A stretch of 34,604 bases of DNA from Oceaniferula sp. (GCA_965656385.1 CBFHKM010000004.1:1-34604), one strand, 5' to 3'; counted from the first letter of the stretch, positions 21,372 to 30,867 are shown. Notes: a model not told the origin generated them from the sequence alone. A program made the numbers and translations.

Positions 21372-22433
21372 ATGTCAACGCACGTCGATAGAGGTTCCTC
21401 AGCGGAACAACTAGCCATAACATTGGCCGGTTCTCATTGGTGTATTGTTTCTCCCCAGTGTTTTACGGAGGCATGTTTCTCAGTGCCAGCGGTTCGTGCC
21501 TTACGTCATCATTCGGCTGAGGCTAGTATCGCTATTTTATGCCCGAGGTCCCAAGTGACGTTATGGCAGTATGGGCTCGATGAACTTATTTCTATCATCG
21601 AGTATGAGCAGTGTGCGTCAGCAAAGACGATTGCTACTCTGCTTGAGGGGTCTTCGGTTCAGTTTGATTCGGCGATTCTGTGGGAAGCTGGCAATGCAGC
21701 TAAAGCAACGACTAAACTCGGCAAAACAGGTATTGGTCAGCGTGTGGGATATTCAGTAGACGAGCTTAAGCCATTCCTCACTGATATGGCAGAGCTTGAT
21801 TCGCAACCGGGACCAATTCAACATCGAGTGAGGTATTACCTTGGCTTAGTCAATCAACTTGGGATCGATGCTTTTGTAAGATCAAGTTTTAAAAAACCAT
21901 CTCTGCCGACTGTGGATAAACAGCTTGAGATTTCGATTGCGCCGTTCTCTGAATATGGAAGTTCGTATCAATGGCCTCTGGCGCGCTTCTATGAGGTTGT
22001 CGCAGCGATTGAAGCTCGTTACAAAGGCGTATCTTGGATGCTATACGATAGGGGCTCAAAGGGAGGGGCGAAAAATTCTGAGCTTATCAAAGAGCTTATG
22101 AAGAAGGATAACTTCACCCTCTTTGATCATTCTCATAGAGACGTGTTTTCTTCATTAGCGCAATCGAGTGCTCTGCTTGCTTGCGATGGCGAGTTGGCAC
22201 ATGTGGCGGCTCATGTTGGGCTGCCCGCTACGGTTATTTTTGGGCCAAATGCACCAGAATGGAAGAGGCCACTGGGTAAACAAAGTGATGTGGTCAGGGA
22301 GCATGTGGCATGCAGTCCCTGCTTTGACCCAAAATGTCCCCTAGACTTGCGATGTCAACGCGAGGTGAGTGTAGCCGCCGTCGTTAATAGTCTCGAGCAT
22401 GTAATTGCTCAACGGAACAGCCAAACAGGCTGA
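21372..22433 (+). CDS. Glycosyltransferase family 9 (heptosyltransferase-like)
   Basis: PAVRALR, HRVRYYL, IAPFSEYGSSYQWP, AHVAAHVGLPATVIFGP, CSPCFDPKCPLDLRC. Confidence 0.82.
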   Translation: MSTHVDRGSSAEQLAITLAGSHWCIVSPQCFTEACFSVPAVRALRHHSAEASIAILCPRSQVTLWQYGLDELISIIEYEQCASAKTIATLLEGSSVQFDSAILWEAGNAAKATTKLGKTGIGQRVGYSVDELKPFLTDMAELDSQPGPIQHRVRYYLGLVNQLGIDAFVRSSFKKPSLPTVDKQLEISIAPFSEYGSSYQWPLARFYEVVAAIEARYKGVSWMLYDRGSKGGAKNSELIKELMKKDNFTLFDHSHRDVFSSLAQSSALLACDGELAHVAAHVGLPATVIFGPNAPEWKRPLGKQSDVVREHVACSPCFDPKCPLDLRCQREVSVAAVVNSLEHVIAQRNSQTG

Positions 22434-22459
22434 TTGCGATAGATGCCAACCAATGGCAA

Positions 22460-24049
22460 TTAATCCTCGAGCTGAATCCTCGGGAACACGGGCTTAGGTT
22501 TGGAAAGCTCTTGGCCAATGGGTAAGATGCCCCAGCGGAGATCGGACAACGAAAGCTTGTTGAGATGATCAGCATTGAGTTGTGCTTGAATGCGCTCACA
22601 TGCAGATGGGATAATCGGCTTTAACAAGACACTTGCCTGCGCGACAGCCTCGACCATGTGGGCGAGTACGGTGCGTAGCTGGTCAGCCTTGCTTTCATCC
22701 TTAGCTATTTCCCATGGCTTGTGGTGCTCTGCGTAGACATTGGTTCCTGAGATGAACTCGATCAATGCTTCGAGCGCAAAAGAAATTTCGTAGCGATCCA
22801 TGTGATGGCGATATTTCTCCAGCAGCGTATCTAGGGAGGCTCGGAGTTGCTGGCTGGTTTCGTCATCATACTCTGATGCTATAGTCTTACCTCCGCAGTA
22901 TCGCTTGGTCATATTCAACGCTCGATTGCAGAGGTTGCCCAGATTGTTTGCCAGTTCTGTATTGAAAAGCATGACTAAACGATCGATGTCGTAATCTGAG
23001 TCGCGACCAGTGTGAATATCGCGAACGAGGTAGTAGCGAATAGCGTCCTGCCCGAAGGTATCTACAAGGGCAACTGGATCGACAACATTGCCGAGCGACT
23101 TGGACATCTTTTCGGACCCTGCCCCTGCGCTACCGTCATCCGCCTTCTTTTTGATGTTCCACCAGCCGTGACACAGCAGAGAGGGGATTTGCTGATCATT
23201 GAAGCCTATAGCGTGCAGCATGCACATCCAATAGATCGAGTGAGAGGGGACAAGAATATCTTTTCCAATGATGTGGATGCTGGCAGGCCAAAGCTGATCA
23301 AAATCTGGAAGATTGCTATCTGTAGACTTGTTGTAGCCAGCGAATGAAATGTAGTTGATGAGGGCGTCAAACCATACAAAAGTGACAAAATCGGAATCAA
23401 AGGGTAGCTCTATGCCCCAACGTAGACGCTCTTTGGGGCGAGAAATACATAGGTCAGTATCTGCTGAGCGCTCGATGGCATTGATGACATCAGCCTTGCG
23501 AAAGTGAGGGATGACAAAGTCATCTTCAGTTTCAACCAGGTTTTTAAGCCATGGAACATGCTCGCTTAGTTTGAAATAGTAATTTTCTTCATCACGCTCT
23601 TCGACTTCGCCCCATTCTTTGCCCCATTCACCATTCTCATCGCGCTCTTTGTCGGTTAGGAACTGCTCCTGGCGTATGGAATAGTGCCCAGTGTAACGTT
23701 TCTTGTATATTTGTCCTTGGTCGTAAAGGTCCTGAAGTATGCTCTGCACACATCTTTTGTGCTCGGGGTTGGTTGTCTCGGCCCAGCCGTCATACTCTAA
23801 ACCTAGCTTGTCCCAGGCATTAACAAACCCCTTGGTGACACGCTTGACATAAGTGGCAGGATTAACTCCGTCTTTTTCAGCCGTCTGCTGCACCTTCTGG
23901 CCGTGCTGGTCAACACCCGTAAGGAAATAAACATCTTCGCCACGCAAGCGCTGGTAACGTGCGATCACGTCAGCAAGCACTTTCTCATAAGCGTGACCGA
24001 TATGAGGTGCACCATTGGTGTAATCGATGGCTGTTGTCAGGTAGAACAT
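22460..24049 (-). CDS. metG: Methionine--tRNA ligase (short form)
   Basis: FYLTTAIDYTNGAPHIGHAYE, TGVDQHGQK, VWFDALINY, IGKDI, KMSKSLGNV. Confidence 0.97.
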   Translation of the reverse strand: MFYLTTAIDYTNGAPHIGHAYEKVLADVIARYQRLRGEDVYFLTGVDQHGQKVQQTAEKDGVNPATYVKRVTKGFVNAWDKLGLEYDGWAETTNPEHKRCVQSILQDLYDQGQIYKKRYTGHYSIRQEQFLTDKERDENGEWGKEWGEVEERDEENYYFKLSEHVPWLKNLVETEDDFVIPHFRKADVINAIERSADTDLCISRPKERLRWGIELPFDSDFVTFVWFDALINYISFAGYNKSTDSNLPDFDQLWPASIHIIGKDILVPSHSIYWMCMLHAIGFNDQQIPSLLCHGWWNIKKKADDGSAGAGSEKMSKSLGNVVDPVALVDTFGQDAIRYYLVRDIHTGRDSDYDIDRLVMLFNTELANNLGNLCNRALNMTKRYCGGKTIASEYDDETSQQLRASLDTLLEKYRHHMDRYEISFALEALIEFISGTNVYAEHHKPWEIAKDESKADQLRTVLAHMVEAVAQASVLLKPIIPSACERIQAQLNADHLNKLSLSDLRWGILPIGQELSKPKPVFPRIQLED

Positions 24050-24086
24050 GACAGGGACAATTTGATACTATAAAGAGTGGGGGAAC

Positions 24087-25844
24087 CTATTGCTCATCAA
24101 CAGCAAGGCCTTTGACGTCGGCCTCGTCGTATTGCTGGCTGAGCCAATTGAGGAAGGCAATTAACATCATTTGATTCTGGCTGTTGTTAACCGCAGATTC
24201 GATGCGTTGTTTGCTTTCTTCAGTATCTGATATTTCTCGACTTATCAGCTTGAAGAATAGTGAGCGATCGTTTTCGTCGATTGTTTCTGAGATATCTCCA
24301 ACGTTAAGCCCGCTGGCTTTTTGATGGAGAAGTCGAAAGCTGGGGTCCTTACTTTGGGTTTCACGATTGCTGAGTCCGAAGGGCCCCAGAGGGAGTGCTT
24401 CCAGACCCTGTTCTGACAGGGCATCATCAAAGCTTTTTCCGGCCTCTACCAAATCTTTGGTGGTATTGCGGGCTGCAAGTGCAGCTTCCTTCACTTTCTT
24501 AGATCCGTTTTCTGAGACAAGCTGAGCGCGTGCTTTGGCTCTTGCAGCGTCATAACCTAGCAGTGCTGGCTCGACATTCTCCTCTAGGGTGAAGATGATC
24601 CATCCGTGCTCGCCAACTGGAAGCGCGTCTGAGACGAGATCGTAAGCGTCATCTGATGAGGTGCTATGTCCAAAGATAAAGTCTGCGATCGTTTTGCCGC
24701 GATTGAAGTTTCCACGAAGGTTCAGTGAAGACAGCTCTTTGGGAATGCTGGAGCGTTCAAAGAGACCTGTTTTTTGGAGTTTGTAGTCACGTTTAGCAAG
24801 AATAGCCTCAAGGTCGAGAGGTCTTTTTTCTTCTTCACTGTCATAAATTTCTTGTGAGATTTGGTCGATCTCTTTTTGGATGTCGCGCGCTGCTTTGGTT
24901 CTATCCGCTGCTAATTTGGCCTTTACCTGAGCTTCTGCACTCAAACGTGCTTTCTCGGCATCAGCATGAGCCTGCTTCTGCTCATCGGTAGCGTTTTCAG
25001 GAAGCGCGGTTGGTTTTGAATCAACTTGTGTTTCAGGGGGCAAAGTCAGGAGTATGTAATTAATACGACGCTGCTCCTGAGTTTTGTAAGCATCTTGGTG
25101 TACGTCCCAATAAGCCTTAATCTCTTCTTCACTGGGATTTTCTTTTTCAACGTAATCATCACGGTCGAAAATAACGCGAGCAATGGCAACATTTTGCATT
25201 TGTGCTTCGAGAAGATCTTGCGCTGCTTGACGTGGTGCAATGAGACCGCCACCCACGATTTGAATGATCTTGTTGAGACAGAGGCTTTCATGAACGACTT
25301 CTCGAAGATTCTTTTCGGTCATGCCCAACCTGCCGAGGCGCTTTTCGATGAAGCTAGCATACTTGGTGTTGTCAAACTTGCCTTCTGTTGCAAAACCAGA
25401 TGACGACATGATGGCTTTGTTGATTTCTTCGTCGCTAGCACTGACCCCCATGCTCTGCATTGCTTGCTGAATAATGATTCGATTGCTGATAAAGCGATTA
25501 AAGTCTTCGGCTTTAAGGTTACGCCCCATTGTTACATAGTAATTGGGATATCCATATTGCATCAATTGCATAGCCTGTTGCATTTGTGCAGCGTCAGGGA
25601 CGATGAGGAAATTGACGTAAGCATGAAGCCCCGCTTCTGAGGCGAGTTTCAGAGTGCTGTCACCCATCTTGCGGTATTCTTGTTGGTCGAGTATGCGGCC
25701 ATTGGCTTCCAGTATCGTCGGGCCCGAGCCCATGCCGCCACCGCCACTACCCGAGATGTCGTTCATTGTGAATAAAAAACCTGCAGCAAGCAGGATGAAG
25801 ACGACGGCCATTAAGCCGGTGTATTTACGCATGTTCTCAATCAT
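24087..25844 (-). CDS. SurA-N/PpiD-like membrane-anchored periplasmic chaperone
   Basis: MIENMRK+TM start typical of PpiD, helical SurA-like domain (GVSASDEEI), PSEEEIKAYWD..Q..YKTQEQRRINYI, degenerate parvulin-like segments. Confidence 0.75.
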   Translation of the reverse strand: MIENMRKYTGLMAVVFILLAAGFLFTMNDISGSGGGGMGSGPTILEANGRILDQQEYRKMGDSTLKLASEAGLHAYVNFLIVPDAAQMQQAMQLMQYGYPNYYVTMGRNLKAEDFNRFISNRIIIQQAMQSMGVSASDEEINKAIMSSSGFATEGKFDNTKYASFIEKRLGRLGMTEKNLREVVHESLCLNKIIQIVGGGLIAPRQAAQDLLEAQMQNVAIARVIFDRDDYVEKENPSEEEIKAYWDVHQDAYKTQEQRRINYILLTLPPETQVDSKPTALPENATDEQKQAHADAEKARLSAEAQVKAKLAADRTKAARDIQKEIDQISQEIYDSEEEKRPLDLEAILAKRDYKLQKTGLFERSSIPKELSSLNLRGNFNRGKTIADFIFGHSTSSDDAYDLVSDALPVGEHGWIIFTLEENVEPALLGYDAARAKARAQLVSENGSKKVKEAALAARNTTKDLVEAGKSFDDALSEQGLEALPLGPFGLSNRETQSKDPSFRLLHQKASGLNVGDISETIDENDRSLFFKLISREISDTEESKQRIESAVNNSQNQMMLIAFLNWLSQQYDEADVKGLAVDEQ

Positions 25845-25972
25845 TATGGGAAATATGAAATGTGTTGATGATCTGCCTTTGCAGAACGCTCGGGAACTTA
25901 GGGAGAGATTGGGACAGTAGCAATACTAAAGCCTCGATTTTACTGGCAAAAATATAATTTACTCTTGCCGGT

Positions 25973-26010
25973 AAAAAGAAGAGCCCCAGTAAGAAATCTT
26001 ACTGGGGCTC
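25973..26010 (-). terminator. Strong Rho-independent terminator facing the minus strand
   Basis: GAGCCCCAGTAAGA/TCTTACTGGGGCTC perfect inverted repeat followed on the minus strand by TTCTTTTT. Confidence 0.85.
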
Positions 26011-26065
26011 AAGATGGATCCTCTCAGGTCATGGTCGTTTTGCGAACAATCACTTTGAGGCATAG

Positions 26066-26107
26066 ACTATGAATGAACTATGAATAAACTGAAAATGAAC
26101 TATGAAT
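26066..26107. repeat. Three copies of ACTATGAAT (ATTCATAGT on minus)
   Basis: Copies at 26066-26074, 26077-26085 and 26099-26107; the last two extend to ATGAACTATGAAT. Confidence 0.85.
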
Positions 26108-26276
26108 TATAGAATCAACCATCTTTGTGTTGGAGGGAATAAACAGTATTACCGTGCTTCCAAGATAGGTAGACTACTAACTCCCGTATCTGTTCAAAAT
26201 TAATGTAATATTTCTTAGGCGAGGGGTGACATAGTTATGACTTGCTTGTCTGCTGGAACGAGAGGAAATTTCATCC

Positions 26277-26591
26277 ATGAAATTTACCAACGTAACCGCA
26301 GACGCAAAGGCGAATGTTTATTTTGATGGCAAGGTGGTCTCGCACGGAGTCACCCTAGAGGACGGATCAACCAAGACCTTTGGCTTAATCTTCCCTGGCA
26401 AATATCACTTTGATACTAATTTGGCCGAACGCATGGAAATTACTGATGGTGATTGTGCGGTCAGCCTTGACGGCATTGAGGGCAGCGACAGCTTTGCTGC
26501 AGGCGATCATTTTGACGTGGAGGCCAAGTCAGGCTTCAGTATTGAGGTGGCAGAGGGTATTTGCCAGTATGTTTGTTCTTTTATTGACTAA
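26277..26591 (+). CDS. ppnP: Pyrimidine/purine nucleoside phosphorylase
   Basis: ANVYFDGKVVS, TFGLIFPGKYHFDT..AERMEI, F.VEAKSGF, YVCSF; 104-aa cupin. Confidence 0.92.
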   Translation: MKFTNVTADAKANVYFDGKVVSHGVTLEDGSTKTFGLIFPGKYHFDTNLAERMEITDGDCAVSLDGIEGSDSFAAGDHFDVEAKSGFSIEVAEGICQYVCSFID

Positions 26592-27735
26592 AAACCCAGC
26601 GGTATTCACGGGCGATTTGCTCGTCGATAGCTATTTTGAGCTCACTGGGAAGAACGCCCCAAGTGTAAGTCTCTATCTCAAAGTGGGAGCAAAAACCAGG
26701 ATTCGCCTTTAGGTATTCAATGGCGTCAACAGCATGTCCCTGAGTCGAGCTAAGCGGGGCTGCTGGCTCAGCATAAAGGGGGATATGGAAGTGTATGCGT
26801 GCCCTGCTTGGTGAGGCGAATGTGAAATCTGGAGACTGATGAGAGCTTATGAAGTCTGGGAGGTCTTTGAATCGGGTTAGTTGCTTGGTTGCATCTGAGA
26901 CAATGACTTGGTGTAAGTAGGTGGGCTCATCGAAGGCTGTGATTGCTTTGATAGCATTTTCAGAGTGGGGATCAAATTCCAGTGCGGAGGAGAGGTGAAC
27001 CTTAGAGATGCGCAGCCCAGCTGCTCGAAGGGCGTCGAGTGAATTGATGCAGCTGTCAAATTCAAGCGCGAAATGGCAGGTGTCATAGTTGATTCCGATT
27101 CGGCGTTTGATGAGCTCGGAGTCATTTACGCTTTGGAGCAACATGTTAAAGAAACGAAGTGTTTCTTCGGTGTTTTCGAAATGGCCGAGAGGTTCTGGCT
27201 CTAACCCTAAATGCAAATCTCGTTTGTGCTTGATCGAGAGTTTTTCTATGTGCTCAGCACAGGCCTCAAGATTTTTGAAGATCGCGTTTTCGTCAGCGTG
27301 AAAATCTTTGAATGAACCGGGTAGTGTAGATACGGAGCCATCTATGCCTTCGGGGACAAGTTGGGCGATTATGCTGAACAGGTCCTTGGTGTAATTGAGG
27401 CGTTCCTCACTGGACCAATCAGGCTGATAAACTTTTTCCTTTACCCTTGTGCCGTGAAATGACCCATAGGGGAACCCATTGATGGTAAATACGTAGCACT
27501 TTTCAGCTTGTAGCCATGATTTAAACTCAGCCAGGTGACTGCCATGCAGCAGCTCAGATGCTGCGCGAGCCGATAATCGTAGTCCGATTGCATAGTCAGA
27601 GCCGGCAGGGCAGACCTGGTCTCTCACTTTGAGTGTATGTTTTTTGAGCACCTGCAGTGTCTCCTCCCAGCTTTCTGCTGGGTGAATATTGGTGCAATAG
27701 GCTAGATGAGCCTCAGGAAGATTGGCTGTTTTCAC
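26581..27735 (-). CDS. eboE: Metabolite traffic protein EboE (xylose-isomerase-like TIM barrel)
   Basis: HLAYCTNIHPAE, GLRLS, TINGFPYGSFH...VKEKVYQPDW, LEPEP, YDTCHFA, EPTYLHQ, RIHFHIP, EIETYTW. Confidence 0.9.
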   Translation of the reverse strand: MKTANLPEAHLAYCTNIHPAESWEETLQVLKKHTLKVRDQVCPAGSDYAIGLRLSARAASELLHGSHLAEFKSWLQAEKCYVFTINGFPYGSFHGTRVKEKVYQPDWSSEERLNYTKDLFSIIAQLVPEGIDGSVSTLPGSFKDFHADENAIFKNLEACAEHIEKLSIKHKRDLHLGLEPEPLGHFENTEETLRFFNMLLQSVNDSELIKRRIGINYDTCHFALEFDSCINSLDALRAAGLRISKVHLSSALEFDPHSENAIKAITAFDEPTYLHQVIVSDATKQLTRFKDLPDFISSHQSPDFTFASPSRARIHFHIPLYAEPAAPLSSTQGHAVDAIEYLKANPGFCSHFEIETYTWGVLPSELKIAIDEQIAREYRWVFSQ

Positions 27736-27986
27736 AGGGACTCTACGTTGCGAAGGTCGAGGATCTTCACGATATTGGCAAAAGGATCCTTAAAAAAGAA
27801 AAGGGCGTGGCGGCCAAGAATTTTGACTTCAATAATTCTACCAAGAGGGTCAGTGAATCGATAGTTTCCCACAATTTCTGGGTTAGACTGCAGCCGATCA
27901 AGAAAGGATTGAACAGGCCCTTGTTGGGCTAACTTTTTGATGTAATCAGCAACGTGATTATGAAGGTAAACCAGAGTGTCAGTCAT
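27732..27986 (-). CDS. Small protein with RelE/ParE toxin-like pattern
   Basis: 84 aa; beta-helix-helix (RLQSNP) then three strands ending VKILDL; overlaps the upstream small ORF by 8 nt. Confidence 0.5.
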   Translation of the reverse strand: MTDTLVYLHNHVADYIKKLAQQGPVQSFLDRLQSNPEIVGNYRFTDPLGRIIEVKILGRHALFFFKDPFANIVKILDLRNVESL

Positions 27987-28185
27987 TGTCGCGAGCTTCT
28001 TTGAGGCTTTTTAAGGTTTGCCAGTTTTCTGGATCAGAGTCTTCAACACGCTTGTGGAGGGCGGGCATCACCAGGCTGTTGCGTTTGAGGCGCTCAACCA
28101 GGAGGAAGCCAGCCATGTGGTCTTGGTCTTCGGGGGGGAGCTTGCGCAGACACTCCTTCAATTGATCAAGTTCTGATACGTCCAT
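27979..28185 (-). CDS. Small protein, putative addiction-module antitoxin
   Basis: 68 aa helical (KLPPEDQDHMAGFL...WQTLKSLKE), directly upstream of the toxin-like ORF. Confidence 0.45.
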   Translation of the reverse strand: MDVSELDQLKECLRKLPPEDQDHMAGFLLVERLKRNSLVMPALHKRVEDSDPENWQTLKSLKEARDND

Positions 28186-28188
28186 GAC

Positions 28189-28986
28189 TTAGAGCGTGAA
28201 ATTAGGGGATTGGCTAAGGAACTTGACGGGGTTCTCATAGACTACTTGGTGGATCGTCTCACGAGAATGTTGTCGTTTTTTCATTTCTTGCATGCATTTG
28301 GCAACAGCCAAGGGATCTGAGACGCCCCAGTCACATGCAGAGTTCATCCAGATGTTTTCCATGCCGAAATTCTCAAGGATGTCGACTGCTCTGGACAGTG
28401 TGCACTTCGATTCGGGATAGAGCGTCATGCCTGCCCAGAAGCCTTGGTCGAGGACCATGCCGGCGGTATGTTCCTCAACGTGGTCTATAATGACCTTGCT
28501 GGGGTCGACTTGAGCATTCTTGAGAGCATCAATAATGAGGCGGGTGCCTTTAAGCTTATCCTCAAGATGTGGTGTGTGAATGAGGATGGGAAGATCGTGT
28601 TGCTGAGCGATGGCGACATGTTCTTCAAAAATAGTGAGCTCGCTGGTAGTGTTTTTATTGAGGCCGATCTCGCCAATGCCCAATACTGTGGGCTGATCGA
28701 GAAATTCTGGGATGATAGCCATTACCTCGCGAGCAAAGCCGGAATCTTCAGCTTCCTTGGGGTTGATGCACAACCAGCAAAAATGTTTAATGCCGAACTT
28801 AGCCGCGCGTTTCGGCTCATAATCAGTGAGTTGTCGGTAGTAATCGTGAAACCCTTGGGCTGAGCTGCGATCAAAACCAGCCCAAAAAGCCGGCTCGCAA
28901 ATGGCCTCACAGCCAGCAATGGCCATGGCTTGGTAATCATCCGTGGTGCGGCTCACCATGTGAGCATGTGGTTCGATATAAGACAT
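28189..28986 (-). CDS. eboB: TatD-family metallohydrolase, EboB-like
   Basis: EPHAHMVSRTTDDY, EPAFW, INPKEA, IGEIG, IHTPH..K, IDH, NSACDWGVSDPL. Confidence 0.85.
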   Translation of the reverse strand: MSYIEPHAHMVSRTTDDYQAMAIAGCEAICEPAFWAGFDRSSAQGFHDYYRQLTDYEPKRAAKFGIKHFCWLCINPKEAEDSGFAREVMAIIPEFLDQPTVLGIGEIGLNKNTTSELTIFEEHVAIAQQHDLPILIHTPHLEDKLKGTRLIIDALKNAQVDPSKVIIDHVEEHTAGMVLDQGFWAGMTLYPESKCTLSRAVDILENFGMENIWMNSACDWGVSDPLAVAKCMQEMKKRQHSRETIHQVVYENPVKFLSQSPNFTL

Positions 28987-29006
28987 CGGTAAGGAGTGAT
29001 TGAGGT

Positions 29007-29285
29007 TTAGTTGCTGGCTGTTTTGCGTGGTGCGCCAAAGGCTCCTTGGATGATGGCCTTTGGTATGGGCTCTTTACTCTGATCCGAGAGGGTATTGAGG
29101 ACAGCTTGTGCTCGTGACTGTTCGCCGGGTTTCAGCATGGCGTCTAATGCTTCATGAAAGCCATCGAAACGGTAATCGGTATCGCCATCAAAACGATCTA
29201 TGCGGTCCAAAAAGGCAGCGATATCAATTAATTTACATCGTGCATCCATGAAGTAGAGGTCAAGAATATCTTGTTTGCTAGGCAT
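29007..29285 (-). CDS. Hypothetical small protein heading the eboB operon
   Basis: 92-aa helical ORF (LDLYFMDARCKLIDIAAFLDRIDR), 20 nt upstream of eboB on the same strand. Confidence 0.75.
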   Translation of the reverse strand: MPSKQDILDLYFMDARCKLIDIAAFLDRIDRFDGDTDYRFDGFHEALDAMLKPGEQSRAQAVLNTLSDQSKEPIPKAIIQGAFGAPRKTASN

Positions 29286-29368
29286 TAGATAACGCTAATC
29301 TATATTTACTAAATTCCAAACGCCAAATTCAGTTTCCAAATTTAAATTTTCAAGATAAGAACGTTTCC

Positions 29369-29701
29369 ATGCAGGATAGTAACGAACGAGATTTGGGTTC
29401 TCAGCCATTGGATCGAATGATGGATGAGTGGGGGATGGGGAACCATGATATGGTAGAGGTTTCCACTGAGCAACTGACGCACAAGCAGGTACAGAAGGCA
29501 AGAAAGGGACGCCGCCTGACCCTGAAGATGATGCAGAAGGTGACGCGGGCGTTTAACGTGGCGATCTGGCATCGGCTCAATGACGAGCAGAAGGAAGGTT
29601 ATTACGAGTATATGCACCGTGACCTTTTTAATTATGCCAAGGGGTATGATGAGAAGTGGTTGGATCCCAACCAAACATTGCAGCAAGCACTGCAAAGCTA
29701 A
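29369..29701 (+). CDS. Hypothetical protein, possible HTH DNA-binding
   Basis: 110 aa; LTHKQVQKARKGRRLTLKMMQKVTRAFN resembles an XRE-like HTH. Confidence 0.65.
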   Translation: MQDSNERDLGSQPLDRMMDEWGMGNHDMVEVSTEQLTHKQVQKARKGRRLTLKMMQKVTRAFNVAIWHRLNDEQKEGYYEYMHRDLFNYAKGYDEKWLDPNQTLQQALQS

Positions 29702-29718
29702 TGTCACTCCTCTTATCA

Positions 29719-29773
29719 CCCCATGACAGCCCCTCCGAATACCTCACCCAAAAAGCAAATTTCTAGCAGTCAG
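29719..29773. repeat. 55-bp direct repeat, copy 1
   Basis: 51/55 identical to 30917-30971. Confidence 0.92.
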
Positions 29774-29799
29774 AGACCCCATCATTCGCAAAAAACCAG

Positions 29800-30867
29800 C
29801 TACCAGACTTTCTTAGGATATTGCTTTTTCCAAGCTTCAATAAATGCCTGATCGGGCTCACTGAGGTTCGAAATCGTCATCGTGAATCTTCTCCCGTCTT
29901 CTCGGATGATAGTGACCTTGGTGCCAGTAATGGAAACGAGCTTGGCCTCGATCTGCTGTCCTTTAGTATTCGTAAACTCGCGAAATTTCTCATCGGAACC
30001 ATCTGCATCAGGCGCACTCTCTCCAGCTTTTGAATGCTGATCAAAAAAATCGAAAACCTCGGCAATCATTGATGGGTTCGCATGGATGGAGCTGCCATGA
30101 TTGCCATCTTTAATCTCCTTGTAGAGGTGAGTAATCCCTTCAGCCTTCAGCTTGTCAACTACACTGCGAATGCCAGCTACTGGAATGAGCCTGTCCTTGT
30201 CTCCAGTGACGATCATAATGGGAATCTTATTTTTTTTGAGAACGCCCAACTTATCTCGTCCTAACATGATTGCAGGAGCCAAGGGTGCCAACCCTGCCCA
30301 CAGCTCAGGAAATTTAGTTCCCAGATGGACTGTTCCACCACCACCCATGGAATGCCCCATCAAATACATTCGGCTCTCATTGATACTGAAATCATCACGA
30401 ACAATCTTGATGACATTCAGCACATCTTTTTCACTCAACTCGCCAAGATTTTCGGGATCACTGGGATTTGGCCGAATGAAACCTCTTCCTTTCCCAGACG
30501 CGCCATACCAACCACGGCTGTTGTACCCGTGTGGAGCCACCACCATGTATCCGCGCTTCTCAGCCTCAGGAATAATTCCAGCATATTGAATCACTTCCTG
30601 AGGTGTACTTCCCAGTCCGTGGAGCAGGACAATCAGTGGAGTTTTGGCCGTTTTCTTATAGCTCCGGGGAACATATAGCGCATACTTAACTTCCTCATTT
30701 GCGGCCTTAAAATCGTAGGTCCGTTCTTGATACCCTTTCTTGACCGATACTTCTCCTTGGAGCGGGGACAGCGCCCCCAGAGCCAACACACCCAGAATCG
30801 ATAAAAGGCTGCCCAAAAATCGCTTTTGGTAGGAAAATGCTCTTTGCGAGGGCTCGACATTATTCAT
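29800..30867 (-). CDS. Secreted alpha/beta-hydrolase (esterase/peptidase-like) with C-terminal SHD1-like domain
   Basis: Signal/TM, PLIVLLHGLG, GHSMGG nucleophile elbow, GDKD, GNH; tail REFTNTKGQQIEAKLV...REDGRRF..ISNLSEPDQAFI. Confidence 0.87.
   Translation of the reverse strand: MNNVEPSQRAFSYQKRFLGSLLSILGVLALGALSPLQGEVSVKKGYQERTYDFKAANEEVKYALYVPRSYKKTAKTPLIVLLHGLGSTPQEVIQYAGIIPEAEKRGYMVVAPHGYNSRGWYGASGKGRGFIRPNPSDPENLGELSEKDVLNVIKIVRDDFSINESRMYLMGHSMGGGGTVHLGTKFPELWAGLAPLAPAIMLGRDKLGVLKKNKIPIMIVTGDKDRLIPVAGIRSVVDKLKAEGITHLYKEIKDGNHGSSIHANPSMIAEVFDFFDQHSKAGESAPDADGSDEKFREFTNTKGQQIEAKLVSITGTKVTIIREDGRRFTMTISNLSEPDQAFIEAWKKQYPKKVW

Noticed and set aside
26066-26107. Short repeats as a CRISPR array
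   Set aside because: The repeats are only 9-13 nt with 2-13 nt spacing, and no cas genes are present.
29295-29719. Minus-strand ORFs 29295-29501 and 29342-29719, and the AAATTCC-like low-complexity stretch near 29310-29350
   Set aside because: The ORFs are antisense to the more protein-like 29369-29701 gene; the stretch looks like ordinary AT-rich intergenic sequence.
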